From the NCBI GenBank assembly GCA_030141605.1, contig JAQGDQ010000003.1, forward strand, positions 2,952,574 to 3,016,573: a stretch of 64,000 bases of DNA, written 5' to 3'. This DNA is from Tubiluchus corallicola (lineage: Eukaryota > Animalia > Priapulida). Within the stretch, counting starts at the first letter, position 1, and each line of letters opens with the position of its first letter. The notes beneath the pieces are model-generated. The model was not told the origin of the DNA and did not search any database. It saw only the letters and a program-made list of their open reading frames with translations. Shown piece by piece: positions 53,801-64,000 of the stretch. The translations under genes were made by a program, and so were the position numbers.

Positions 53801-56160
53801 AAATTCATAAAGACTGAATTAGCTATTAAGGTACCCACCACAATTTGTTCATACGTGGTTCCATCATCTTTTATCTTGACGGCTGCGGACTTATCAGTCG
53901 AGCCTCCATCCTCACCAGCAGCTTCTGCAACCTCATTTAGAAAATCGGCATCGATCTTGTCCATAGCAGCTTTAAAGTCATTTCTGAGTCCCTGAAAAAA
54001 GCAAATTTGTTAATGGATTTGATAAAGTCATTCAATAGACACTATGACACCTTTTAACACAATTCATAATTTTCAAACTTGATTGTTGCAACAGTTTACC
54101 TTTTGGACTTCGTGAACGTGAAAATCGCAAACTCCAACTAATTCAGAACTCTGCTGCCTGTTTAATTATGAAAACTAGAAAATATGATCATATTACACCC
54201 ATTCTAAGACAGTTACATTGGTTGCTGATAAAGTTCGGAATTCAATTGAAAATTCTTTGCGTCAGCTACAAAATACTACATACTGCATACCTTAAGTACT
54301 GATCTTTTAATACACCGTAATATATCCCGAAAATTTTGTTCTCATGCTAATGAACAAATTAATTTACATTACAGTATTTTATGGTGAAAAAGCTTTTTCT
54401 GTTTGTGCTGTAAGTCTCTGGAATAATTTACCTGTTGCTATACGTTCTAGAAACTAACGTTCATGATCATGGTTATCACGGCACCGCATTTTACTTGTCG
54501 GCCACGCGAATGTGACAAAAGGGCGCCGTTGGAAATCTTAGTAGATTCACTGAGCCGCGCGTAGCTTTGAAATTTTAACAAAATTTGAGTATCCGAGGTA
54601 ATTATTGTTTAATCTAACCTTTGATTTAGAAAAGCTATTGTAGTTTTCAATATTTTACAGCATTCTTTATTCTGAACTAATGTTTACACAATCATCCGGT
54701 TTTCCTTTAATACAATGTAGCAGTTATGAGTCAGCTCATATACCTTCTCACGTTCAGGCTCAAGAATCTCTAACTTTCGAAGACGCTGGAAAGCTTCATA
54801 TTCTGTTTCGCCAAAAAAGAGTATTGGTTCACCGTGCTCGCGTAGTCGTCGTATAACCTAGAACAAAGCGTAAAATTAACAATGATTACAAGGTCCAGCG
54901 AAATCAACATTATTTTGTAACATTAAAAATTGTACCAAAAATAATTTCACACCAGGCTCTAAGTCTAAATCAAACGTTAATGCAATATACAATACACGCC
55001 TCTTAATAGACTCACGTTAGGATGGAAGTAGTTTGACCCAAGTAACCACTGAATCTATTAGCCGACGGGTGTAATATTACTACAGTAGGCACCGCATAAT
55101 AGTGTCACGTTAGAATGGAAGTGTTTTGACCCAATAACACTGAACCTATTAGCCGATTGGTGTAATATTATTAGTATATTTAGAATTACGACACAAGATT
55201 CTTCAGCTTGGTAATCACTGCAAAGGCTGCAAGAGCTTGAAATCTTAGATATTATGCTTATGCTTTATTTTTCAATACTAATTCTATGCTCTATGATACT
55301 TACACTTGAAATTTAAAGTCACAAAGGATACTGGCGGATTACTGCCACTGCATCAGTGGCACAACAGCAACAGTTAACTGACTAAACATTCCGTGAAAAG
55401 CAGCAAGAGTTTCAAAGGAAACCACTTTAATAAGTTTAACTTACATAAATTCTTGGGCTAAGAGGCTAAATGACGCGATCGAGCAGGTGACAGATTCCAA
55501 GCAAAACCGCTATGATTGCACACTGCCACACGTGGTTGCTTACGAACAAAATGGCACATGTATTACACACAAAACACGTATATAGTACACAAAAGAGAAG
55601 AAAAGATAACATAAAAGCCTTTTATTATACAGAAGTGACTTATTTTAAGTATGAGAAGCAAAAATATCGAGTCAATTATGCATAGTTATTTGTGTCAATG
55701 AATAGTGAGTCTAATAAAAGGCACATAAACTTTTAATGCATATAAACTATCCAGCGGGGAGCCAAAAAAGATGGAATATAATGAACTATACTGGCAGCTA
55801 TACCAAGCATAAGCTGTGTTCAACAAATATAATGAAAAACACCAAATACTACACAAAAGAAGCAAAAGATTGCACTTGAATTAACTGTAAAATAAATACA
55901 AAACTAAAAAAACAGCAAACATCAGATCAACTACATGGCAGCTATTAGAGTTGTTAGAATTCTGACCACATTTTTCTATGTAATTTATCCAACACTTATG
56001 AGTAACAAGTTTCAGCACATATAACTATGTAGGAGGCATACAGTTTACTATATTTGTATAAAAACAAATGTACCTCTTTTCTGGGCAGTATAGGCTTGTG
56101 TTCTCTGTCTTCCGTTGGAGAAACTGGCAAGTCAAAGCCGAGAAGCAGCCTATCATCTTG
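47090..56160 (-). CDS. PRPF18: Pre-mRNA-splicing factor 18, 3' five exons (N-terminal exons not found in the window)
   Basis: Phase-0 exons: 56160-56074 (...ILPRKE), 54857-54744 ([20 protein letters not shown]4-like motif), 53991-53839 ([14 protein letters not shown]), 49931-49863 (LGKGDD), 47539-47090 ([27 protein letters not shown]...[21 protein letters not shown]...FPTDPSK). Confidence 0.95.
47741..48536. mobile_element. Rearranged Tc1/pogo-like MITE: terminal 42-bp palindrome plus an internal ~310-bp tandem duplication
   Basis: Homologous to 2681-3131; gccgaagtt..tcagacc occurs at about 47814 and 48125. Confidence 0.8.
48895..49452 (+). mobile_element. L2/CR1-group LINE 3' fragment
   Basis: [18 protein letters not shown]...[15 protein letters not shown] zinc-knuckle-like C-terminus followed by an A-rich tail. 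Confidence 0.7.
50710..50981. mobile_element. hAT-like MITE containing (TG)n, nested in another repeat family (other copies at about 4470-4720 and 15720-15850)
   Basis: TSD agtaacgc / agtaatgc; right end atccggccctg; the host sequence is uninterrupted in the other copies. Confidence 0.7.
51341..51974. mobile_element. Tc1/pogo-like MITE
   Basis: TA|CAGTGTTCCCTCGCT ... AGTGAAGGAACATTG|TA. Confidence 0.8.
54130..54452 (+). mobile_element. L2 LINE 3' fragment
   Basis: [31 protein letters not shown]...LWNNLP. Confidence 0.8.
55013..55172. repeat. Two-copy tandem duplication of about 72 bp
   Basis: cacgttag.atggaagt..tttgacccaa...ctattagccga...gtgtaatatta occurs twice. Confidence 0.8.
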
Positions 56161-57603
56161 CTACAAAAACCAACATTTTTTACTTAACTTTTACAAAAAC
56201 AAGCTACTCAATAACTTTTTAAACTTCGTCTCAATGATTAGTAACCACAAAATATCAAGGACCACAGCAACGATTAGTGAAATGCACTGACTAGTCTTCC
56301 CAGAAGGGATTAGGACCACCATGACAGGCAGTGGTCTCTCGAACTTTTTTTCAAATAACCTATAATATATTTAATTAGATTACGACTGTGAACGCAAGGA
56401 ATGTTCATAAATCATAGCAGTTTATTTCACAACAATTATTAAGTAAGTAAGCAATTTATTGTCATTATAGCGCAATACATACAATGAAATTTACGTGGTT
56501 TACATGCTGCAGTAACTTATAAAAACAACACGGAGATTAACACAAATACAATCAGTTGTACAGTGACATAGAGAATTAATATTGGAGATTCACTGAAATT
56601 TACTGTTTATGGTGGAAACTGCAATTTAAAGTTCTTATGGTTTTGGTGTTAATTGAGTGGAATCTACTACAGAGGGAAGCATATCAAAGTATTTATAGCC
56701 TGGAAGAAATTCATGCGTTCTCTTTGCAACCCGTTTCATACAAATATGCCACAGATTGTTGTTGAATTCCTACAATTCACCACTGTGGGTGACGAGTTGA
56801 AAGAAAGGAGATGTTGGAAATTTGTGAACCAGTCAGTAGTTGAACCCGAAACCTGGCCTTAGACCTCTCATGTTCTGCAACCTAAGCTTAGGATGTCACC
56901 CATATGACGCACGTGGCACGAGAGCAGCTGTTGACTTTTCTCAGCACTGTACGAGAACAATGCGCATTTTTTAGCTAAATAATACTAAATTTAACAAAAA
57001 ACTACATCAACACGCACTAGAAACATGACATAGAAAAAAATTTAAAAATATATAGCTTCGTCAGAATACAACGATAATTCATAAATTATAAAAAAGACTT
57101 TATGTGAGACGTGAACCATCAGCCCTTTGGATTTTCTCAAAACGTTTGAGAAATACAAGGTATTTTATATATGGGGCTCTAGACTATGGTTTATACAGTA
57201 CGTGTGGTGAGAAACCTGTAACTAATATAATAGGGACTTTAGAAAATAAATTAAGTAAATTAATTCCCTATTTTTTGTATATAGTTATGTATAGGCAATA
57301 CAGTTATTAAGGATTCAGGGAAAACCCCTTTGTGGTGCATGTAAGACACAGCTATGGCCTGACAATTGTTTTCAACAAATAGATAAAATAATGAATGACT
57401 GAATAAGCAGCAAGTTGATTGACTGAATGGACAAATGAATGAATGTACAACTGTTTTTTATTCATTTCACAATTGCATGTTTTTATGCCAGATAAGCATT
57501 ATTTGTTGAGTTAGTATAATACAGTTATGTTCTGAATGTTGCGCAAAAAGTGCACTTCTCCAAATGCGTGGCTTCACATCTTTAACAAAACACATTATGT
57601 AAG

Positions 57604-57835
57604 CAGGGCCTATTTCAGCCTTGGCGAGGCCCGGGGAAGTGGGGCATGTGAGGCCCCATCGTTGGCGCCCAGAAATTTTTTAACTACTAGAACGTGGGAG
57701 AAGCATTTTCGAAGAGAAAATATGGAGTTATACAGTTGTTAAGGGAAAGAACAATTGAAAGAAAAACTGTTTTATTCTCAAGACCAGTCCTTAATACTTG
57801 TCAATACTGGCAAATGGGGCGCGTGCGGCAAGAGG

Positions 57836-57875
<40 letters not shown>

Positions 57876-57995
57876 AGAGAGAGGAGGCAGTATGTTTGCA
57901 TAAAGCAAAAAAATGTTACCATGGCGCGAAGCCCCCTGGAGGGTGAGGCCCCGGGGAAGTATCCCCACTTCCCCCCCCCCTTGAAATAGGCCCTG
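57604..57995. mobile_element. hAT-like MITE containing (GA)n; its right end plus flank is duplicated at about 58087-58190
   Basis: CAGGGCCTATTTCA ... TGAAATAGGCCCTG with perfect TSD TATGTAAG. Confidence 0.88.
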
Positions 57996-58204
57996 TATGT
58001 AAGTGCAGTTTTGCTGCATGTATATCTCTGGCATTGCCCTGTTGATGATTGCTTGGTTTGTAGTTATATGTTCATGTTTATATGTTCCGGGGAAGTATCC
58101 CCACTTCCCCCCCCCCTTGAAATAGGCCCTGTATGTAAGTTCAGTTTTGCTGCATGTATATCTCTGGCATTGCCCTGTTGATGACTGCTTGGACATATTC
58201 ATGC

Positions 58205-59100
58205 AAATCTGACTGCCAATAGACCGACTTACTCCTTGAAAATGACTTTGTTGTCATTTGCAAATGACTTACCAGCTAACTGACTTGGTAAATGAACGAT
58301 GCATTGACTGGCTGACTAATAAATCAAACATCTGACTGGTTAACTCTCATATTTTGTGGTCTGATTGGCTGACCGACTGACTAAATAACAACTCACTTTG
58401 GCCTTAACTAACTTGCCGGCCAGTTAAGTTAATGACGGTCAGACAGCATTGTATTTAGTCACTGAGTTATTAGTCGTCAGCAGTCAGTCAGTGAGTAAAT
58501 CAGTCAGTCGGTAAATGAGTCAACCAGGTAGTTATTTAGTTAGTCAGTCAGTCAATCAGTAATTTGGTAAGTCAGTCAGTCAGTCAGTAAACCAGTCACT
58601 CAGTTAGCCAGTCAGTCAGTCAGTCAGTCTATAATTTATTAAGTCAGTCGGTCAGTGTGTGTGAGTGAGTGAGTGAATCAGTTATCCAGTCTGCTAGCCA
58701 GCCAGTCAGTCAGTCATGAGCACAGACAGCCAGTAACTCAGCCAGTGAGTCAATCAGTAAGTCAGTCAGCCGGCCAGTCAGTCAGTCAGCACAGTCAGTC
58801 AGTAACTCAGCCAGTGACTCAATCAGTCAGTCAGTCAGTCAGTCAGTCAGTCATTCAGTCAGTAAACCAGTCACTCATTTAGTCAGTCAGTTATTTAGTA
58901 AGTCAGTCAGTAAGCAAGGAAGTTAGTCAGCCTGTCAGTAATTTAGTATGTCAGTCAATAAATCAGTAACTTAGTCTGTCAGTCAGTCAGTAGTTTAGTT
59001 AGTCAATAAGCCCCTCACTTAGTCAGTCACTCGGTCAGTTAAACAGCCAGTAAATGAGTCTGGTTTGGACTAAATTATTATTCTGTCAGTCAGTCAGAGA
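58205..59100. repeat. Degenerate (TCAG)n tetranucleotide repeat, preceded by its inverse (CTGA)n
   Basis: ctga-rich at 58205-58385 and tcag-rich at 58430-59100; a shorter copy at 61560-61681. Confidence 0.9.
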
Positions 59101-59925
59101 ACCAAATACGAGAGCTAAGGACTAAAGACATTTAATCGATTAGTGGGGGAGTCAGTCGACATGTCACTCACCAGGTCACTTTGGGGCAGTGAAGCCATTT
59201 TCTATGAGTAATCTAGTTTGTCATCAGGTTAGTAAGTCAATCACTCCAACAACTATGAAATGAATTCTAACATAAAACCACACGATTGTCCCACGTTTTA
59301 ACTTGAGCTATATCAGGATATTATGCAAATGCTAATAAATAATTGCACTTTACTTAAAAACTTCTCGCAAGCAACTTTCTGAGTGCTAAGTGCATTGGCT
59401 TCATAAACAAACAATACGCTCTATAATAACTTAGAAAATGCTACACTTAATAGATCTCTTTGGTTTACAAATCCAACCAATTAATAAATCCACACTGCTT
59501 CGTACCAAGGTGGATTTGTAAAGCGGAGTACACTGTATATGTATCTCAAAATTGTTTCATGTCATTATGAATATATTTCACATGCAACTATTATTCTAAA
59601 TATTGGAGACTGCACATGTGTTTATGGAATTTATAGTTTATGTAACTAGACCAGCACTTATGTTTTAATTTGCAGATTCATTTTATTTCAATTCTGATAA
59701 TCATAAACCCGTTGCTGACAGCAATTAGTTTATCTATTGCACTATCATTTTAAGAATGCATATTTTGTTCAAGCTGTGCATTGCTTAAGCAACTGACAGA
59801 TCAGAGTTAGTTATTTCATTAATATTTGTCAGGTTTTTGTCTCTATTCACATAAAAGTATCTCCAAATTTATAACAGTACATTAACTATTCTAAATTTTT
59901 TTTGAGAACAAGATTAGCTGATTTG

Positions 59926-60897
59926 TTAATGAAAAGTAACCATCTTTTTTATTTCATTTCTGAACTCGTCTAATCTTGCTACGTAAACAAACACGTTGGC
60001 CAACGAATTGGCATATGCTGGCAGAATATACCAGTAATAGTTGCTTGCATTAACCATCTTGGTTTCACCACTAATGTTTAATGCCAGAAGTGCCACCATG
60101 CTCGGCACATAGCATATGAAAAACAGTACTACTATAATAGTTACAGTTTTTAGAGGTTTGAGTTTTGCTTGAAGTGAAGTCACTCTCATTGTGGTGTTGC
60201 CATTGCTCACTGTGGCTGGCATGCAATTGTTTATTTCACGTGCATGTTTCATAGCAGTTCTTAGAATAACGATGTACATGTAGAAGAATGACGTTAATAT
60301 CCCCGGTAGCGACCCGAGCATGCTGTAAAAGATGCATTTTGAATAAAATCCGTGAGGTGCTGGAATACATTTGTACAAAATTTGCCTGCTGATGTAGTAC
60401 AAAATTAAGCAATAGGTATAATTGAAAATTTGTAAAACCCAAGCACAAGTGAGAATCTTTTTCACACGTTGATCAGACAGCCAAATATGGTAGCGAAGAG
60501 GATACACGATGCTAACAAACCGTTCGGCTGTGGCCAAGAAATAGCAGACAACTGAGTTACTCACAGAAACATGAGGTACTACATACAGAAATGCGCACAA
60601 TGTCACATTTTGCTGTGTCAGACTGGCGACGTTGAAGGTCACGGTTTGCACGACGAGGAAAATTCCTGACAGCAAATCAGCTATAGACAAATTACCCAAT
60701 GTGTAATATAACGGTTTGTGTAAGCTCGGCGTCTTCGTTATCACTGCAATAACGATGCCATTGGCTATGATGATCGCAACACCTAAAATCACTGAAAAAA
60801 CATCACCAACGAGTTGGAAATCACAATGATTCCCAGTACTGTTGTAGCTAAAAGTCGTATTCATTTCGGTGAATCCAATTTCCTTTTTTCGCAGCAT
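59926..60897 (-). CDS. Intronless class A (rhodopsin-like) orphan GPCR, copy 1
   Basis: Seven hydrophobic segments: TM1 AN, TM2 NLSIADLL, TM3 TAERFVSIVYPLRY, TM4 W, TM6 FFICYVP, TM7 NSLANVFVY, helix 8 EFRNEIKK; N-terminal N-glycosylation sequons. Confidence 0.92.
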   Translation of the reverse strand: MLRKKEIGFTEMNTTFSYNSTGNHCDFQLVGDVFSVILGVAIIIANGIVIAVITKTPSLHKPLYYTLGNLSIADLLSGIFLVVQTVTFNVASLTQQNVTLCAFLYVVPHVSVSNSVVCYFLATAERFVSIVYPLRYHIWLSDQRVKKILTCAWVLQIFNYTYCLILYYISRQILYKCIPAPHGFYSKCIFYSMLGSLPGILTSFFYMYIVILRTAMKHAREINNCMPATVSNGNTTMRVTSLQAKLKPLKTVTIIVVLFFICYVPSMVALLALNISGETKMVNASNYYWYILPAYANSLANVFVYVARLDEFRNEIKKMVTFH

Positions 60898-62506
60898 CCA
60901 ACACCGTCAGTAGTAGGAGTCATTATACGTGTGCTGTTAAAATGATGTGTTTGTTTAGCTAATGTTACTTGTTTTGCAAGCGTTGATGTGTGTTCCTGAC
61001 AAATCCATTATGAGATATGTGCTTTTCTTTATCAAGGCTGACTATTATGAACAGAACAAAAGTGTGGCAATGCTTTGTGCCTAGTGTAAATATATTTATT
61101 TTACAACCCTTAGAATGCTTTGTGCGCATGCAATTTTGGGCTATTTTGCTTAACACATGCTCAATCAATCATACACGTTCATTGTTTTTCTTTATAACAT
61201 TATTTAGTATGATAAAAACACTACTTACCATTTTGCTAATTGTGTAGGACAGAGTTACCTTCATTTTCGGGTTTAGGGTTGTAACTGGCAACAACAGTGC
61301 AACTTTCGATTCACTTTGTTGCTAGCCTATTGAACAATTAAATGCACAAAAGCAATAATTGTCAGAAAAAACAGTGCCATTGTAGATTGTGAAATAATGC
61401 AGTGTAACGACAGCTAAGTTAAAAAGAGGAACTAGAAAACATTGAGTAGCTGAACCAAGATGTAGACCCAGTGCTTAGACGTACCAAAAAGCTTTTGAAC
61501 ATTTCCTAAGACTTTTGTGTTGCTCAGTGTTCATTTTTTCTTTTGGAATGCCAAAACTGAGTGGTCAGTAAGTCAGTCTGACAGTCACTCAGTTAGTTTG
61601 TTGGTCGGTCAGTCAGTTAGAGAGCCAGTAAAGTAGTCTGGCTCAGACTGAATTGTTATTCTGTCATTCAGTCAGTCAGTCAACCAAATACGAGAGCTAA
61701 GGACTAAAGACATTTAATCGATTAGTGGGGGAGTCAGTCCACATGTCACTCACCAGGTCAGTTTGGGCAGTAAAGCCATTTTCAATGAGTAATCCAGTTT
61801 GTCATCAGGTTAGTATGTCAGTCACTCCATCAACTATTAAATGAATTCTGACATAAAACCACACGATTGTCCCACGTTTTAACTTGAGCTATAGCAGCGT
61901 ATTATGCGAATGCTAAGAAATATTTGAACTTTACTTAAAAACTTCTCGCGAGCAACTTTCTGAATGCTAAGTACATTGGCTTCATAAATGAACAATACGC
62001 TCTATAATAACTTAGAAAATGCTACACTTAATAGATTTCTTTGGTTTACAAATCCAACCAATTAATAAATCCACACTGCTTCGTACCAAGGTGGATTTGT
62101 AAAGCGGAGTACACTGTATATGCATTTTAAAATTATTTACATTTCATTACGAATATATTTCACATGCAACTATTATTCTAAATATTGTAGATTGCACTTG
62201 TGTTTATGGAATTTATATTTTATGTAACTAAACCAACACTTATGTTTTAATTTGCAGATTCATTTTATTTCAATTCTGATAATCATAAACCCGTTGCTGA
62301 CAGCAATTAGTTTATCTATTGTACTATCATTTTTAGAATGCATATTTTGTTCAAGCTGTGGATTGCTCAAGCAACTGACAGATCAGAGTTAGTTATTTCA
62401 CTAATATTTGTCAGGTTTTTGTCTCTATTCACATAAAAGTACCTCCAAATTTATAACGGTACATTAACTATTCTAATTTTTTTTAAGAACAAGATTAGCT
62501 GATTTG

Positions 62507-63487
62507 TTAATGAAAAGTAACCATCTTTTTTATTTCATTTCTGAACTCGTCTAATCTTGCTACGTAAACAAACACATTGGCCAACGAATTAGCATATGCT
62601 GGCAGAATATACCAGTAATAGTTGCTTGCGTTAACCATCTTGGTTTCACCATTGATGTTTAATGTCGCAAGTGCCACTGCACTCGGCACATAGCATATGA
62701 AAAACAGTACTACTATAATGGTTACAGTTTTTAGAGGTTTGAGTTTTGCTTGAAGTGAAGTCACTCTCATTGTGGTGTTGCCATTGCTCGCCGTGGCTGG
62801 CATGCAATTGTTTATTTCACGTGCATGTTTCATAGCAGTTTTTAGAATAACGATGTACATGTAGAAGAATGACGTTAATATCCCCGGTATCGACCCAAGC
62901 AGGCAGTAGAACAAGTACTTTGAATAAAATCCGTGAAGCGCTGGAATACATTTGTACAAAATTTGCCTGCTGAAGTAGTACAAAATTAAGCAATTAGTAT
63001 AATTCAGAATTTGTGAAACCCAAGCACAAGTGAGAATCTTTTTCACACGTTGATCAGACAGCCAAATATGGTAGCGAAGAGGATACACGATGCTAACAAA
63101 TCGTTCGGCTGTGGCCAAGAGATAGCAGACGACTGAGTTACTCACAGAAACATGAGGTACTACGTACAGAAATGAGCACAATGTGAGATTTTGTTGTGTC
63201 AGACTGGCGATGTTGAAGGCCACGGTTTGCCCGATGAGGAAAATTCCTGACAGCAAATCAGCTATAGACAAATTACCCAACGTGTAATATAATGGTTTGT
63301 GTAAGCTCGGCGTCTTCGTAATCACTGCAATAACGATGCCATTGGCTATGACGATCGCAACACCTAAAATCACTGAAAAAACATCAACGACAAGTTGGAA
63401 ATTACTGGGATTCGCAGTGTTGCCATAGCTAAAAGTCATATTCATTTCAGTGAATCCAACTTCCATTTTTCGCAGCATCCAAACCAT
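62507..63487 (-). CDS. Intronless class A orphan GPCR, copy 2 (about 89% amino-acid identity to copy 1)
   Basis: Same motifs as copy 1; stop codons are offset by 2581 bp. Confidence 0.92.
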   Translation of the reverse strand: MVWMLRKMEVGFTEMNMTFSYGNTANPSNFQLVVDVFSVILGVAIVIANGIVIAVITKTPSLHKPLYYTLGNLSIADLLSGIFLIGQTVAFNIASLTQQNLTLCSFLYVVPHVSVSNSVVCYLLATAERFVSIVYPLRYHIWLSDQRVKKILTCAWVSQILNYTNCLILYYFSRQILYKCIPALHGFYSKYLFYCLLGSIPGILTSFFYMYIVILKTAMKHAREINNCMPATASNGNTTMRVTSLQAKLKPLKTVTIIVVLFFICYVPSAVALATLNINGETKMVNASNYYWYILPAYANSLANVFVYVARLDEFRNEIKKMVTFH

Positions 63488-64000
63488 GTATGTGATTTAG
63501 GAATCATTATTTGCACGCTGTTGAAAATGATGTGTTTGTTTAGTTGGTGTTACTTGTTTCACGTTGATGTGTGCGCCCGACAAATCCATTACGAATTATG
63601 CGCTTTCATTTTAATTATTAAGGCTGGCTGTTATTAACAGAACAAAAGTGTGGCAATGCTTTGTGCTTAATGTAAACATATTTATTTTACAACCTGTGGA
63701 ATGCTTTGTGTTATTCAATTTTGGACAATCAATTGCCCAACAATTTGTACTGTGTATTTTGCTTAACACATGCTCAGTCAATGTCAATGTCCAATGGTTT
63801 TTTTGATGATATTATTTAGTTTGCTAAAAACACCATTTAATATTTTGCTGATTGTGCAAGACAGAGTTGTATTTATTCTCAGGTTAGGGTTTTAATGGGG
63901 GGGGGCGACTTTCGATTCGATTTGTTGCCAGCCTATTAAACAACTAAACGCACAAAAGCCATAACTGTCAGAGTAACCAGTGCCATTGTAGATTGCGAAA

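Larger units (their letters stand above)
59040..64000. repeat. Tandem duplication of an approximately 2.58-kb unit containing the GPCR
   Basis: 59101 accaaatacgagagctaaggactaaagac matches 61683; flanks align throughout; the second copy runs off the end of the window. Confidence 0.93.

Noticed and set aside
58673-58882. Ser/Gln/Val-rich ORF, and the CV/HT-repeat ORFs at 28105-28406 and 50672-50942
   Set aside because: Translations of microsatellites.

Overview
AT-rich, intron-rich eukaryotic (invertebrate animal-like) genomic DNA; the species cannot be determined from the sequence. I rebuilt gene models by hand from GT/AG sites and reading phase. (1) A minus-strand DBF4/ASK/chiffon gene (26761->9026, 10 coding exons, about 1696 aa) with motifs N, M and the C zinc finger, plus a 3.66-kb exon carrying a 90-bp/30-aa His/Cys tandem repeat. 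(2) A plus-strand secreted hybrid protease inhibitor: signal peptide, Kazal domain and three Kunitz domains (29903-36245, about 382 aa). (3) An intronless 1451-aa CD109/TEP-like alpha-2-macroglobulin-family gene whose thioester Cys is replaced (VSGEQC). (4) The 3' five exons of PRPF18 on the minus strand, with a Val->Pro change in the conserved loop. (5) Two tandemly duplicated intronless class A GPCRs that appear to lie in a PRPF18 intron and differ mainly on the extracellular side. Introns and intergenic DNA hold many non-autonomous DNA transposons (hAT-like with 8-bp TSDs, Tc1/pogo-like with TA, Kolobok-like with TTAA), LINE remnants and microsatellites. All identifications rest on motif recognition; no database search was run.
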